A stretch of 64,000 nucleotides of DNA from Lama guanicoe (Eukaryota): positions 2,338,324-2,402,323 of the forward strand of contig MU053559.1 in the NCBI GenBank assembly GCA_013239625.1, written 5' to 3'. A program made the translations under genes and the position numbers. The notes beneath the pieces were generated by a model. That model was not told where the DNA came from. It saw nothing but the letters and a program-made list of their open reading frames with translations, and did not search any database. Below, piece by piece: positions 1-12,905 of this stretch (within the stretch, counting starts at the first letter, position 1; each line of letters starts with the position of its first letter).

Positions 1-955
1 CCAATGATTTTCCTTCGGGAACAGAGAAGAACTTAGCAGCTGAAGCAGTCCCCTAGTCCACCTCGGAGCAACTAAGCCTGGAGATTTTAATGAATATGTA
101 TCTTTTAAAAAGGAGAAAAGAGAGAGGGTAAGAGAGGGAGGGAGGACACTGCTCTTAAAGCTATTAATACATGAAGATGGGTCAAGTTAAATTAGATAGT
201 TAGAGAGATTAAATTCTCATGGTCAGATACGCATTTTAACAAACATCCTTTTCCTCCTTGAGATCAAAATGGACTTGAGGAAAAAAAAAATCTTTCCACA
301 CTCAAATTTCTCATTGCTATAAGATTCAGTCCTCTTTCACAAAGGCTCAATATCCAGAAAGGTTCCAGAATGCTAAGGATCGTTCCATATAACCATTCAG
401 AAGATGGTCATGGCAGGGGTTCAAGGCTGAGAAGAAATTCTGCTCTTTGGGGCTAGGAGAAGGGTGGCATTGAGTTGGGGTGGGACCAGACAGAGGAGGA
501 AGTGCAGGGCTAACAAGGTGGGATGCCTTTCCAAGACTGGTTTGGAGCCACTACTAAGACGTTTGGGGGAAAATAAATTAGAAATGATTTTAAATGGGAG
601 GCAGAGAGTGTCGAAAAATCTTTATATGTTATGGTTTCAGGAGCCTGATGATTCAGAGACCTGATAATATTAGCTATAACATGGCCTGATAATCAAATAG
701 ATATCAATCAGATAGATAACTCTGGGCTCTGCCCTGCTCGCGATCTCCACCATTATCATCTCGAGGCCTGAGAACCCGGAAGGGCGTGACTTTAGCATGA
801 TAGTTTCCGGTGGTTGGTTTCACTCTCAGCTAACCACGTAAGGGGAGCCAGCAGCTGTTAGGCCCGGGAAAATTTGGGGCAGTTACAGCCCTTGACAACC
901 CTAAGAACATGTGCATAGATGAGAACATATGTTCTGCAATCTATAAATTTAGGAG

Positions 956-957
<2 letters not shown>

Positions 958-999
<42 letters not shown>
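958..999. repeat. (AC)n microsatellite
   Basis: Uninterrupted AC run of about 21 units. Confidence 0.97.
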
Positions 1000-1004
<5 letters not shown>

Positions 1005-1304
1005 CCCAAGATCCATTTGGGATCTCAAAAGATGGTAATATAGTAGCGGGAAACCTGTCACCCTGACCTTCTATCTTTAGGTTGTAAAGAGACGTTATTC
1101 ATATCAGGACTTATAAGACCTTTATAGAAGTTTTTTCTGAGTCAGGCTTAAACTGGGCTAGGACCTGTCCCCGGGGTTTGGTGAGGGGTGGGGAGGTGGC
1201 TGTTTGCGCCATCAAACTTCGTAGGATTCAGCAGAGTACAATGATATATGCCCCCTTCAAGATGTCTTGGTACTTCACAAAAAGTATTGTGGGACAGAGG
1301 GGAA

Positions 1305-1313
1305 GTGAAAATA

Positions 1314-1349
<36 letters not shown>

Positions 1350-1444
1350 CATATACACATATATATATCTGAAACTAACATTGTTAACACTGAAGTGTAA
1401 TCGACTACACTTCAATAGAAAAATAAAAATTGAAAAAAAAGAAA
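1305..1444 (+). mobile_element. L1 extreme 3' end with internal (TG)n/(TA)n repeat
   Basis: ctgaaactaaca...gtaatcgactacacttcaata followed by an A-rich tail resembles the laurasiatherian L1 terminus. Confidence 0.7.
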
Positions 1445-1789
1445 ATCATGGGAGATTTCAACTTTTTCAAATTCAACTTTTCAATTTGTCCTTGAGAGCT
1501 GTGAGCTGGGAAACTCTCAGTCGGGGCTTCAGTGTCCTGATTCCTAGACGTGAGGATCAGGACCCCAGAGTTTCAGCGAGGACCCTATGCAGTCAGTACT
1601 GAGCCATGGTAAAGCCATGGCACCCTGAGCATGGTCACATGATAGGATAGTGTAGGGACTGTCCATGGTCAGGGGGCCTTTCTCCTTCCAGACGATTCTT
1701 TTCTTCTTCCCAGTCCATAAAATAAGATTTCTCAAGTCCATTGCCTTCTTCCCTCCCACCACTGCCATGGTTCAGACCTTCTTTCTGTC

Positions 1790-2370
1790 GCATCTGTAAT
1801 TATCTCTGTATGAATCCATCTGTATCTGTATTAAGCTCAGCCTGAATTTACGCTGGTATCTCTGACTCTAATCCAATACCATATAGATCATTCTAGCCTT
1901 CTTTCCTTGCTTGTCTGTAACCTCTGTCACCAATAGTGAGCGGCCTGGCTCCCTCGATTGATCGGTTGATTGATTGATTGATTTAAAGTATAGTCAGTTA
2001 CAAGGTGTCAATTTCCAGTGTACAGAATAATGTTTCAGTCACACATGTACACATTTAATTTATTTGCTTATCCCAGGATACTTGTACAGCAATGTTGGAA
2101 TTGTTAAGCCATGCCCCCATGAGAAACAACTTTACCAACTAGCTTCCCATGTTTCTATACTGTCCCTATTGTCTTTAGTCTTACTGTCTCCATTCCACCC
2201 TGGGATTCTCCCAACCTTCTGATTGATTTTTTTAAAAAATTATGTATATTAAGTTTCACTCATTGTGTTTTAAAGTTCTGCGTGTTTTGAGAATTGCATA
2301 GCATCATGCATCTACCACTACAATACAGATTCATTCCACAGCCTAAAAACGCCTGGTGCTTTTCCTAGTT
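1790..2370 (-). mobile_element. Old L1 (L1MC/MD-type) 3' UTR fragment with a short younger L1 tail inserted at about 1955-2050
   Basis: ctctaatccaataccatatagatcattctagcc...agtgagcggcctggctcc resembles old L1 3' UTRs. aagtatagtcagttacaaggtgtcaatttcc matches the young tails elsewhere in the window. Confidence 0.6.
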
Positions 2371-2384
2371 AGACACTATTACCA

Positions 2385-2500
2385 GTTTTCCCTCCAGTAG
2401 AATATAAGCTTCATAAAGATAGGGATGTTTGTCTGTTTGGTTTCATGTTGTATTCCCTGTCCTTAGAAACGAGTCTGGTATGCAATAAGTGCTCAATAAG
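2385..2500 (+). mobile_element. L2 3' end fragment
   Basis: tagaatataagcttcataaagatagggatg...taagtgctcaataa is a typical L2 terminus. Confidence 0.7.
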
Positions 2501-2741
2501 TGTCTATATATTTGAAGATAAGAAAGTCTCTACTCTTGTTGTCTGAAATCCAACTCTCCTGTCCTCCATAGTAAAAATTACAAAACCTCACATAGAAACA
2601 TATCAGTCCCTGGCCTGGAAATGGATCACGGCATAGAGAGACATTTGTACATGTGGGTCCTAGCCAACTTGTCTCCCCCAGGAGTGGTGACATGCCCCAC
2701 CCCTGTAAGTAAGCACATGTTTAACTCTACTATAGCATTTT

Positions 2742-2889
2742 TTTCTTTTATTGTGGGTTTTTTTGGGGGGGAAGGTAATTGGGTTTGTTTATTTATTTTT
2801 TTTTATTTAATGGAGGTACCAGGGATTGAACCCAGGGCCTCGTGCATGCTAAGCACACAAGCTCGACCACTGAACTATACCTTCCCCCT
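2742..2889 (-). mobile_element. vic-1-type camelid SINE (tRNA-Ala derived)
   Basis: Reverse complement has a tRNA-Ala-like head with B box ggttcaatcc, an aaacccaattacc tail motif and an A-rich tail. Imperfect TSD tagcatttt/tagaatttt. Confidence 0.88.
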
Positions 2890-2929
2890 TAGAATTTTCT
2901 ATCATACACTACAGTGATTCTTTTCCCCT

Positions 2930-3442
2930 TAGCTTTATTGAGGTGTAACTGAGAAATAAAATTGTGTGTCTTTAAAGAGTACAACGTGATGATTTGGTAT
3001 ACGTATGTATACACTGTGAAATGATTACCACAATCAAGTTAATTAATGCACACATCACCTTTCATAGTTACCATTTGTGTGTGTGTGTAAGAAGACTTAA
3101 GATCTATTCTTTTATCAAGTTTCAAGTATCTAATGCAGCATTGTTAACTATAGTTACCATGCTATACATTAGGCCCCCAAACTTATTCATCTTATGACTG
3201 AAGGCTTGGACTCTTTGACTGGCATCTTCTGATTCTGCCCACATCCCAGCTCCTGGTAGCCACAGTTCTACTCTGTGCTTCTATGAATTTAACTTTTTTT
3301 TTTTACATTCCACATATAAATGAGATCGTAAGTATTTATCTGTCTCTGTCTGGCTTATTTTACTTAGCATAATATCCTCTAGGTTCATCCATGCTGTCAC
3401 AAATGGCAGAATTTCCTTCTTCCTCATGGCTGAATAATATTC

Positions 3443-3481
<39 letters not shown>

Positions 3482-4878
3482 CTTCTTTATCCATTCATTC
3501 ATAAATGATTCATAAATGGACACTTAGGTTGTTTCCATATCTTGGCTACTGGGATTAAAGCTGCAATGAATGTGGGGCTGCAGATGTTGCTTTGAGGTGC
3601 TGATTTCATTTCCTTTGGATAGATGCCAGAAGTGGGATTGCTGAATCATATGGTAGTTCTATTTTTAATATTTTGAGGAACCTCCATACTGTTTTTCATA
3701 ATGGCTATGCCAATTGACATGCTGACCAACAGTGCATGAAGGTTCTTCTTTCTCCACATCCTTGCCAACACTTCTCTCTCGTCCTTTTGCTAAAAGCCAT
3801 CCTAACAAGTGTGAGATGATATCTCACTGTGGTTTTGAGTTGCATTTCCCTGATGATTAGTGATGTTGAGCACCTGTTCATGTACCTGTTGGCCATTTGT
3901 AAGTCTTCTTTGGAAAAATGTCTATTCAGGTCCTTCGCTTATTTAGACAATCACATTATTTCAGTTTTTGTTTTGTTTTGTTTTGTTTTGTTTTGTTTTG
4001 TTTTGTTTTGTTGTTATTCAGTTCCTTATGTATTTTTGGATATCAACTCCTTATCAGATATATGATTTGCGAACATTTTCCCCCATTACATAGGTTACCT
4101 TTTCACTCTATTGTTTGTTTTGCTGTGCAGGAGCTTTTCAGTTTGACGTAGCGTCACTTGTTTATTTTTACCCTTGTTGCCTGTACTTTTGGTGTCATAT
4201 CCAAAAAATTACTGCCAAGACCAATGTCAAGGAGTTTTCCCCCGTTTTCTCTAGGAATTTTATGGCTTCAGATCTTACATTTAAGTATTTAATCCATTTG
4301 AGTTATTTTCTGTGAATGTTGTAAGTTAGGAGTCCAGAGTTTATTCTTTTGCATGTCGCTATTCAGTTTTCCCAGCACCATTTATTGAAGAGACTATTCT
4401 TTCCCCATTGTGTGCTCTTGGTGCCCTTGTCAAAAATTACTTGATTGTATATTTGTGGACTTATTTCTGGGCTGTCTATTGTGTTCCATTGGTATATGTG
4501 TCTGTTTTATGTCACTGCCACATTATTTTGCTTACTATAGTTTTGTAGTATAGTTTGAATTCTGGAAGTGTGATGTCCCCAGCTTTGTTCTTCTTTCTCA
4601 AGATTACTGTGGCTTGTCAGGGTTTTTTGTGGTTCCATACAAATTTTAGGATTGTCTTTCCATTTCTTTGTAAAAGGTCATTGGAATTTTGCTAGAGATT
4701 GCATTGAATCAGTAGATCATTTGGGATTGTATGGGCATTTGAACAATACTGATTCTTCTAATCCTTGAAAGTGGGATATATTTCCGTTTCTTTGTGTCAT
4801 CTTCAATTTATTTTGTCAGAGTCTTGTAGTTCTCAGTGTACAGGTTTTTCACCTCCTAAATGAATTCCTAAGTATTTT
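2930..4878 (-). mobile_element. L1 (L1MA-type), 3' UTR and ORF2 C-terminal part; continues at 5717-6855
   Basis: ORF 3705-3896(-) [29 protein letters not shown] matches the L1 ORF2 C-terminus. The frame is broken by stops and frameshifts. Contains (TG)n at about 3446-3476 and (GTTTT)n at about 3964-4010. Confidence 0.92.
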
Positions 4879-5716
4879 TGCAAATCAAAACTACAGTGAG
4901 GTATCACCTCATACCAACCAGAATGGCCATCATTCAAAAGGCCACAAATGACAAATGCTGGAGAGGCTGTGGGGAAAAGGGAACCCTCTTAACACTGCTG
5001 GTGGGAATGCAGTTTGGTGCAGCCACTTTGAAAAACAGTATGAAGATTCCTTAAAAGACTAGGAATAGACTTACCATATGACCCAGAAATCCCACTGCTG
5101 GGCATATATCCAGAAGGAATCCTAGTTCAAAATGACACCTGCACCCCAATGTTCATAGCAGCACTATTTACAATAGCCAAGACATGGAAACAGCCTAAAT
5201 GTCTGTCGACAGATGACTAGATAAAGAAATGGTGGTATATTTATACAATGGAATACTCTTCAGCTATAAAAACGACAACATAATGCCATTTGCAGCAACG
5301 TGGATGTCCCTGGAGAATGTCATTCTAAGTGAAGTAAGCCAGAAAGAGAAAGAAAAATACCATATGAATGATCACTCATATGTGGAATCTAAAAAAAAAG
5401 AAACATAAATACAAAACAGAAACAGACTCATAGACATAAAATACAAACTTGTGGTTGCCAGGGAGCAGGGGGGTGGGAAGGGACAGACTGGGAGTTCAAA
5501 ATTTATAGGTACTGACAGGTATATGTAGAATAGATAAACAAGATTATACTGTATAGCACAGGGAAATACATACAAGGTCTTGTGGTAGCTCACAGTGAAA
5601 AAGAATGTGACAATGAATATATGTATGTTCATGTATAACTGAAAAATTGTGCTTTACACTGGAAATTGATGCAACATTGTAAACTGACTCTAACTCAGTA
5701 AAAAATGTAAAATAAA
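4879..5716 (+). mobile_element. Young lineage-specific L1, 5'-truncated, nested antiparallel in the older L1
   Basis: gcaaatcaaaactacagtgaggtatcacctc through the 3' UTR to an A-rich end. The host L1 resumes at gatgctg (5717). Confidence 0.92.
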
Positions 5717-6855
5717 GATGCTGTTTTAAATAGATTGTTTTAATTTTCTTTCTGATAGTTCATTGTTAGTGTATAGAAACAGAACTGGCTTCTCTATGTT
5801 GATTTTGTATCTTGCAGTCTCACTGAATTTTTTGATTAGGTCTAACAGCTTTCTGAGTTTTTAGGGTAATCTATATACAAGATTATGCTACCTGTAAACA
5901 GAAATAATTTTACTTCTTCTTTTCAGATTTGGATGACTTTTATTTCTTTTTCTTGTTTAATTGCTCTGGCTATGACTTCCAATACTATCTTGAATAGCAA
6001 TGACAAGAGTGAGCATCATTACCATGTTCCTGATCTTAGAGAAAAGGCTTTCAGCTTTTCACCACCGAGTATGATATTAACTGTGATCTTGTTATATATG
6101 CCCTTTGTTATGTTGATATAAATCATTCCTTCTATACCTAATATGTTGAGAGGTTTTATTATGAAATGATGTTGAGTTTTTATTATGAAATGATTATGAA
6201 ATGATGTTCAAATGCTTTCTGCCTCTATTGAGATGGTAATATGATTTTTATTCTTTATTCTGTTAGTGATGTGTATCATACTGAATGATTTGCACATGTT
6301 GAGTTTTCCCTGCATCCCAGGGATAAATTTCACTTCATCAGAGTGTGTGATCCTTTTAATGGACTGTTGAATTCGGTTTGCTAATATTTTTGTCATGTAC
6401 TTTTGTGTCTATAATCATCAAGGATATTAGCCTGTAGTGTTTTTTTTTTCCTTGTAGTGTCCTTATCTGGCTTTGATCAGGGTAATGCTGGCCCGGTTAA
6501 ATGAGTTTGGGAATGTTCCTTCCTCTTCAATTTTTTGGAAGAGTTTAAGAGGGATTCATATTAATTCCTCTTTAAATGTTTGGTATAATTCACCAGTAAT
6601 GCTATCTGGTGTAAGCTTTACTTTGTTGGGATGATTTTGATTACTGATCAGTCTCTTTATTTGTTATTTGTCTGTTCTTTCAAGATTCAGTCTTGATAAG
6701 TTATAAGTTTCTAGGAATTTATCTGTTTCTTCTAGGTTATCCAATTAGTTGACATATAATTGTTCATAGTAGTCTTTTATGATCCTTTGTATTTCTGTGG
6801 TATCAGTTGTAATGTTGCCTCTTTCATTTCTTATTTATATATTGTCTTCTTTTTC
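5717..6855 (-). mobile_element. L1 ORF2 (RT region) remnant, continuation of 2930-4878
   Basis: ORF 6208-6396(-) KILANRIQQSIKRITHSDEVKFIPGMQG matches the L1 RT motif [28 protein letters not shown]. Confidence 0.92.
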
Positions 6856-6999
6856 CTCCCTGAAATCCAACTGTGAACCAGAGCTAGTGTCTTTGCTGAT
6901 ATCTTCAATGATGATTTTTACCAGGCAAAATGGCCAGGATCAGAGCCAGCGGCTGACCCAAAAGGCTCTTAGAGTGCAAGTTCCCTCATTGAGCCATGA

Positions 7000-7560
7000 A
7001 CTTAGGAGCACGCTTCACCTCCACCACCTTCCTCCAGCACCACCCTTAGATATAGATAACCTGCCACCTGATCTTTAGAAAGACCTGCTTTGGCCTTTCT
7101 CTAGCCTGGATTCACCCTGTGTGTTGAGGATTCTTTGAATACAAGGAGATGTGCCCATCCAGAGGCTATGACCCTTCTTTTAGACCATGCTTTGGGTAGC
7201 TGGGACCCTGAGATTCCCTACTCAGATGATTCCAAACTGGTTTCCAGGATCTTTGTAGTTTTCTTCCCTGGATCTGTCCTCCCAAGGGCAGATATACCAC
7301 AAGGGTGCTTCCCCTGAGAGTAGTGCTATGGATGGACATAGGATATGGAATCTGAACTGTCTTGTGTTGACATAGGTATGTGTCTGGTCTCTCACAGTGC
7401 ATAATTGCATTGGAGATGAGAAGAGAGGAATTGGCCACAAGCTTAGGGCCTTCATTGATCTTTTTGTCCAAAATCCCACCAATGTTAGGGATAGATCCAC
7501 TTTCCTCTGCCCCAGGCTGAAAGTTGGGTTCATTGAAACTTAAGCCCATTCATAAGAATC
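7000..7560. mobile_element. Possible very old DNA-transposon remnant (hAT-Tip100-like)
   Basis: Weak recalled resemblance only (gatgtgcccatccagag...gggaccctgagattccc). Family and boundaries uncertain. Confidence 0.25.
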
Positions 7561-8206
7561 TGATCTAAACCTTTTGTCTTTATTTTCTCTGATCATAAGT
7601 TATAGATTGGGTCATAAAGTTTTCACTGTCCATTGCTGGGCTAGGACAGCATCAAGGTTGCATGAGCAGCTCTTGGCCAAGATGGATAGGGTCCTATGGA
7701 GAGACTCCAGGAAAGCCAAGTGCAATCTTGAGCTACATTGGCTGAAGTGAGCCATGCCAAGCTCCTACCTCAGTGGAAATTGCTTTCTTGAGCATCCTTA
7801 TACTAGGCTCCCAAACACCTTTCCTCTAATTCATCAAGGTCAGAGTCTGTGGCTTAGTTATGTAGAATCCTTTTTCTTTAGCATCAAGTCTGGCTCTCAG
7901 CAGATTCACAACAAATGCTCATTGAACCTTACTGATTCTGCCTGGAAACTATAGAGTCGAACATTATCATGATCACCTTAGCAGAAAAGAGCAGATCTCC
8001 CAGCCCTCAGGTCAAATAAAGCAGAAGCCGTGGCTTCATTAAAAGAACCAGAAATGCCATTCCTAGGATCACTGTCAACTGCAACAGGCATTTTACAAAA
8101 TATATGGGAGGAAAATCAATCTTTATTCCAACAGTAACAGAACTCTGCAATGGCTAGAGCTATAGCAATACATTCAGGGAGGACTCTACAAGGTTTGTTC
8201 ATTAAG

Positions 8207-8399
8207 CAATTGTTCTCAAATTTCAAAGTTCATCAGAATAACCAGGAGGACATTTTAAAAACATATACTCCTGGGCTTTTCCCCCAGAGTATCTATCTGA
8301 TTCAGGAGCCTGGGGTGGGATCTGAAAATTTGCATTTATAGCAGGCTCCCAGATGATGCTCATGGTACTGGTCTGGACACCATACTTTGAAAATCATCA
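8207..8399. mobile_element. MER5A-type non-autonomous hAT-Charlie element
   Basis: caattgttctcaaa...catcagaataaccaggag...aatttgcattt...catactttgaaaatca, about 190 bp with degraded TIRs. Confidence 0.85.
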
Positions 8400-8559
8400 C
8401 TTTAAGCAAAAGAAGAAAGGGGCTTAAATTAGCAATAAAGACCTTAAGACAAACCAATGTGGGATATAGAAGAATTTGGTAGATAACCCCAAATCAGGAT
8501 CATGAGAGAATGAGATAATCCAGGTAGAACAAATCAGAGATATTAAAAAAAAAAGCCTG

Positions 8560-9665
8560 GGGAGCCAACTTGGAAGAGGCTCCCACTGGCGAAAGACAAG
8601 ACAATTTGAGCTTCAAAAGGATAGTAATTGCAATTGAAATCTATCAGTTCTTAATATTTTAAAAAACAAATTGGTCATCATCAGGGGATAATAAAAAAGA
8701 AAGCAACCAAGCACTTATCCTGCTTTTCCTACATCAGCGCTCTCACTGAGTAACAATTATAAATGAGAGGTAATATCTCTTTATAAAAGTATTTTAATTA
8801 ATAAAAGTAAAAAAATAATAGAATTAGAAAATCATCATTTTACAGCTTCCCAGTGTATTAGTGAATCCAGGCATATGAACATTGCCAGTTAATAATATCA
8901 TAAAAAGAGAGCCCATCAGATGTTATGTAACCATACCAATGAAAGAACAATGAAAAAGAGATTGAACATGATTCTGATCAAGCCCCTGGATCCAGCTGCC
9001 AATTTGCAGCAAATACTGAGGTCAGAGGAATATGCTTAACTGCACCACAATTATACATACAATCAAAAAAATCCAGACTGTGGGAAATTCTACAGTTCCT
9101 CAAGAGGTATGAAAAAGATGGAGCAGGAATCTGTCAAGAGACTTCAATTTTTTTAATGGGCAAGATTAAACTAAGAGACAGACTGGGATTTCAAAACCTG
9201 TAGATACTGACAGGCATATGTAGGTTAGATAAACAAGATTATACTGTACAGCACAGGGAAATACATACAAGATCTTGTGGTAGCTCACAGTGAAAAAGAA
9301 CGCGACAATGAACATATGTATGTTCATGTATAACTGAAAAATTGTGCTCTATGCTGGAAGTTTGACACAACATTGTAAACTGACTGTAACTCAATAAAAA
9401 AAATAAATAAAAATAAAATAGGAAAAAAACCTGAAGTACATAGAAATGTACCCTTGAGTGACAAAACTATAAGGAAAAGCAAGTCAAGATAGTGGTTATT
9501 TTGGGGGGATGGAAGGGTTGGGATTGGGGGCAAAGAACTGAGAAGCTTCTAGGATGGTTGGCAGAGTTTTCTTTCTTGACCTGAGTGAGGCTTACAAGGA
9601 CACAGCTCCATTGTGTGGTGAGATTTTTTGTATCTGTGTTTTATTTTACAATAAGAGTTTTAAAA
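8560..9665 (+). mobile_element. Old L1 (L1MC/ME-type) 3' UTR remnant, interrupted at 9175-9428
   Basis: gaagaggctcccactggc...acaatttgagc and ttctttcttgacctgagtg...ttatttacaataa resemble old L1 3' ends. Confidence 0.65.
9175..9428 (+). mobile_element. Young L1 3' tail
   Basis: Near-identical to 5481-5716, followed by aataaa and an A-rich tail. Confidence 0.9.
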
Positions 9666-10186
9666 AATCAATCAACTACTGTTATAGACAAAAGAGTGAA
9701 CTGTTTGGGGACATGTTCCATGTGAAAATACTTACTTTATAGAAACCACGATGCCTAAATATAGGATTTTACAGACCTAGGTCTGCCTTGTCTTATGAGG
9801 TGGATGGGAGAAAATAATGTTGGAGGTAGTGGAGAGGGTAAGTAGAAACCATTTATGCTAAGCATCCAGTTTAGTGAAAACTACTAACAAAGTGAGAACA
9901 AAGAATCCCAAACAAGACTTCAGAGGATGAGATATAGAGAGCCATGAAGACAAAACAAACTCTCGAGGTTGTTTCTCCAATTTGAGAAGGAAAATGTTGA
10001 CTCTTGGCTCTAGTTTTCATATTGTTAGCTGGGGATGAATATCCTTTGCTGATCCCTCCTCAGCACCCACTTTGGGAATACTGATTTACGTCTGTGGCAT
10101 TGAAGCTCCGGGAGTTTATCTGATTTTTGGTGCTGCCCAACTAGTTGAAGACAAGTGGATCAGTCTCTTGACCTGATGGGCTCTAA

Positions 10187-10512
10187 TATGCTTTTTTTTT
10201 AAATGGAAGTATAGTCAGTTTACAATGTTATGTCAATTTCTGGTGTACAGCATAATGTTTCAGTCATACATATACTCCTTTTAATATGCGTTTTCATTAT
10301 GGCTCATTACAAGATATTGAATATAGCTCCCTGTGCTACACAGCAGGACCTTGTTGTTTATCTATTTTATATGTAGTAGTGTGTATCTGCAAATTTTTTT
10401 GAACTCCTGATTTATCCCTTTCCACCCCTGCCTCCCCCTGGTAACTGTACATTTGTTTTCTCTATCTGTGAGTCTGTTTCTGTTTTATAGATAAATTCAT
10501 TTGTGTCTTTTT
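10187..10512 (-). mobile_element. L1 3' tail (artiodactyl-type)
   Basis: Poly-T then aagtatagtcagtttacaatgtt. 13-bp TSD tgatgggctctaa at 10174-10186 and 10513-10525. Confidence 0.9.
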
Positions 10513-10899
10513 TGATGGGCTCTAAATCTGTGATGTTCAAAGGAAGGGAGATATCCCACCACCTCACTACACCCGCAGTGCTTAGCGCAGTCCTGACACA
10601 TCACAGAAACTGAGAGTGTGTCAGTCTGGAATGATCGCCCCTCACCCTGACCTCATTTCTGCTTTTCATGGAAGTTGACTCCCTCAGAAATATTGTTGAA
10701 AGTATGCTCACAGAATCAAAACACATAATTCGTGTCCTAAGGTCATCCTGGTTTATAGTGAAAGATAATAACTAAGTATTTAACAATACAAATAAAAGAA
10801 GAACTGAAATCCCCAACATAAAATAGGATGCACAGGCATACGTGTGTATACCTGTTCTTTTCTGAAAGTACATGAATAAATGCTTTAATAATTACAGCC

Positions 10900-11068
10900 A
10901 ATGCTTAATAAAAGGTATGTGGCATAGTAATGCCTAGGACATTTTACATATATTAACCCATTTAACCCTCATCACAGCCCTAAGAGGAAGAGATGATTAT
11001 TTTCCACATTTCACAAGTGAAGAAACTGAGACACGGAGAGGATGTGGAAGCTGTCCAAGATCACACAT
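10900..11068 (-). mobile_element. MIR SINE
   Basis: MIR core catttcacaagtgaagaaactgagacacggagag...ccaagatcacaca. Confidence 0.85.
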
Positions 11069-11119
11069 ACTCCCCTGCTATTCCTTGTTCCTCTTCAAGC
11101 TCGTCACCGTGTGGCCGCC

Positions 11120-11620
11120 AGACTGATTTTTCTAAAAATAGAGCACAAACTGTCAATGTCTTCCCACTGCTTTTAGGGCAAAGTCCAAATGTGATAAAGT
11201 CGCTACAAACACATCATCTAAAGGTAGACTTCTATGTATTGCTCAGCCGCATCTTTCAGACATCCCTGCCTCCTCACTCTCTTTCCTTAACCAACTTCCT
11301 TCCTTTCCTTCAGTGTCACTCCCAACCACACCTCCCCGCTTTCTCACGTGCTGATCTCTTTCCCTGGAGCTCCTTTTCTTGGTTTCTTTGCCTATCTAAC
11401 ACCTACCTTTTGTGTATATCATTCTCACTATCTCTCTGCAAACACACAGTAAGTTAACATACCTGCTACCCCTCAATTAATGTGACTGCTTGTTCCTTAT
11501 GTATGTTTCCTGCTAGACTGTAAGCTCTGTGAGGTCAGGGAACTTGACTATCTTACTTATCACTGTCCCTCCACTATAGAGTCCCATGTTCTGGCAAGCA
11601 GTAGACACTTAGGAAATACA
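11120..11620 (+). mobile_element. L2 3' fragment
   Basis: Pyrimidine-rich L2 body ending tagactgtaagctctgtgaggtcagggaac. Confidence 0.7.
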
Positions 11621-12734
11621 TATTGGATTCTGGTTATTGTTATCAATGGGTTTTTGAGCCCTAGGCTGGAAATGTAAGCTTATGACACCATTATATACCA
11701 AGAGTTGAATCATGTCAACCCTACACTCCAAATTTATTTCTGTCCAGATTCTCCATTCAAGGCCAAGACAGACTAGCTTGGGAGTCCTAGGACGGAGTGG
11801 TAAGAGCTGGGCTAGGGATACAAGTAAGGAAATACAGTATAAAGCAAAATAAAATAATCACTATAATTTTCTTCTGTGTGTGTGTGGTGGTAGGTAGGAG
11901 TGAGAAATTGTGTACCTGAGAATAGTGACATAAAAACTGAACATAAAGAATAAAGAGGACTTTGATGAGAAGAAGATGGTGGAAATAGCAAAGCTAGAGA
12001 GAAGGAATAGCATCAATTAAGGCTTGAGGACGAGAAAAGGCATAACTTGTTCAGGGATGGTAGAAGTCTTCATATATTGAAATGCACCTGACTTTGGAAG
12101 GCTATAACATTTTACTTAGCTCATCTCAGTACAGGGCAATAATCAAAGATGCAGATGGAGTGTGGATTAATGTGCACAGGTACTCATTGTAGATGCCAAC
12201 TCTCGGTGAACCTCATCAAGCAGCATTCTCAAAATTAGGCCTGGTTTTACCAGGAAAAAACTTGCATCAGCATTTCTAGCATCCTTCTCCATAAAAGATG
12301 AACTGATGAAGGGACTTAAACAATGTCTTTGGTGAAGCAGATTTCCTTAGTCTGAGGGATGCATGAATGTTGGACAATCTTGGTCCAACACCATGCAATC
12401 GTGGACTCATCAACTCACTTTGTTTGGAGTCTTTTCCTTTGGCTGTGGTTTGGCCTTCCATGGAGGGCTGCCTACAGGAAGTGAATATACTGGTCAGGGA
12501 GGCTCAATAATTTCCATCCCTGTGCTTCTGATTTCCCAAAAGAACATTAATAAATCCCCCTTTTGGATACACTGGGTTGATGAGATGCTGCCCTGGAGAA
12601 ACAGATCCACTCTTGGTAGGCTCAAGAGCCAGGTTGCTGAGCTGTTAATGAGGAGGGCTCAGTCCTTAGGCTGCATCTGTGATCCAAGGCATTGGCAGTG
12701 GTGTTGTGACCAAGAGTGCAGGCCCTAGAGCTAG

Positions 12735-12905
12735 TCGCCCAGTTCCACCATTATGGTAGTAACTTCTCCGTGTCTCAGTTTCTTCACCTATAAAATTGGT
12801 TAATGACAGAACCTACCACAAAGAATTGTCATAAAGATTAGATGAGTTGGTAAAAATTCAACCCTTAAAAGAGTGCTTGACACACAGAAAGTGTTCAATG
12901 AGTAT
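12735..12905 (+). mobile_element. MIR SINE
   Basis: MIR core aacttctccgtgtctcagtttcttcacctataaaattgg. Confidence 0.85.

Noticed and set aside
6150..6210. Local repeat ttatgaaatgat, three copies
   Set aside because: Slippage micro-duplication inside a dead L1, with no sign of function.
10993..11457. 154-aa ORF
   Set aside because: It runs through a MIR and a pyrimidine-rich L2, where stop codons are scarce by composition.
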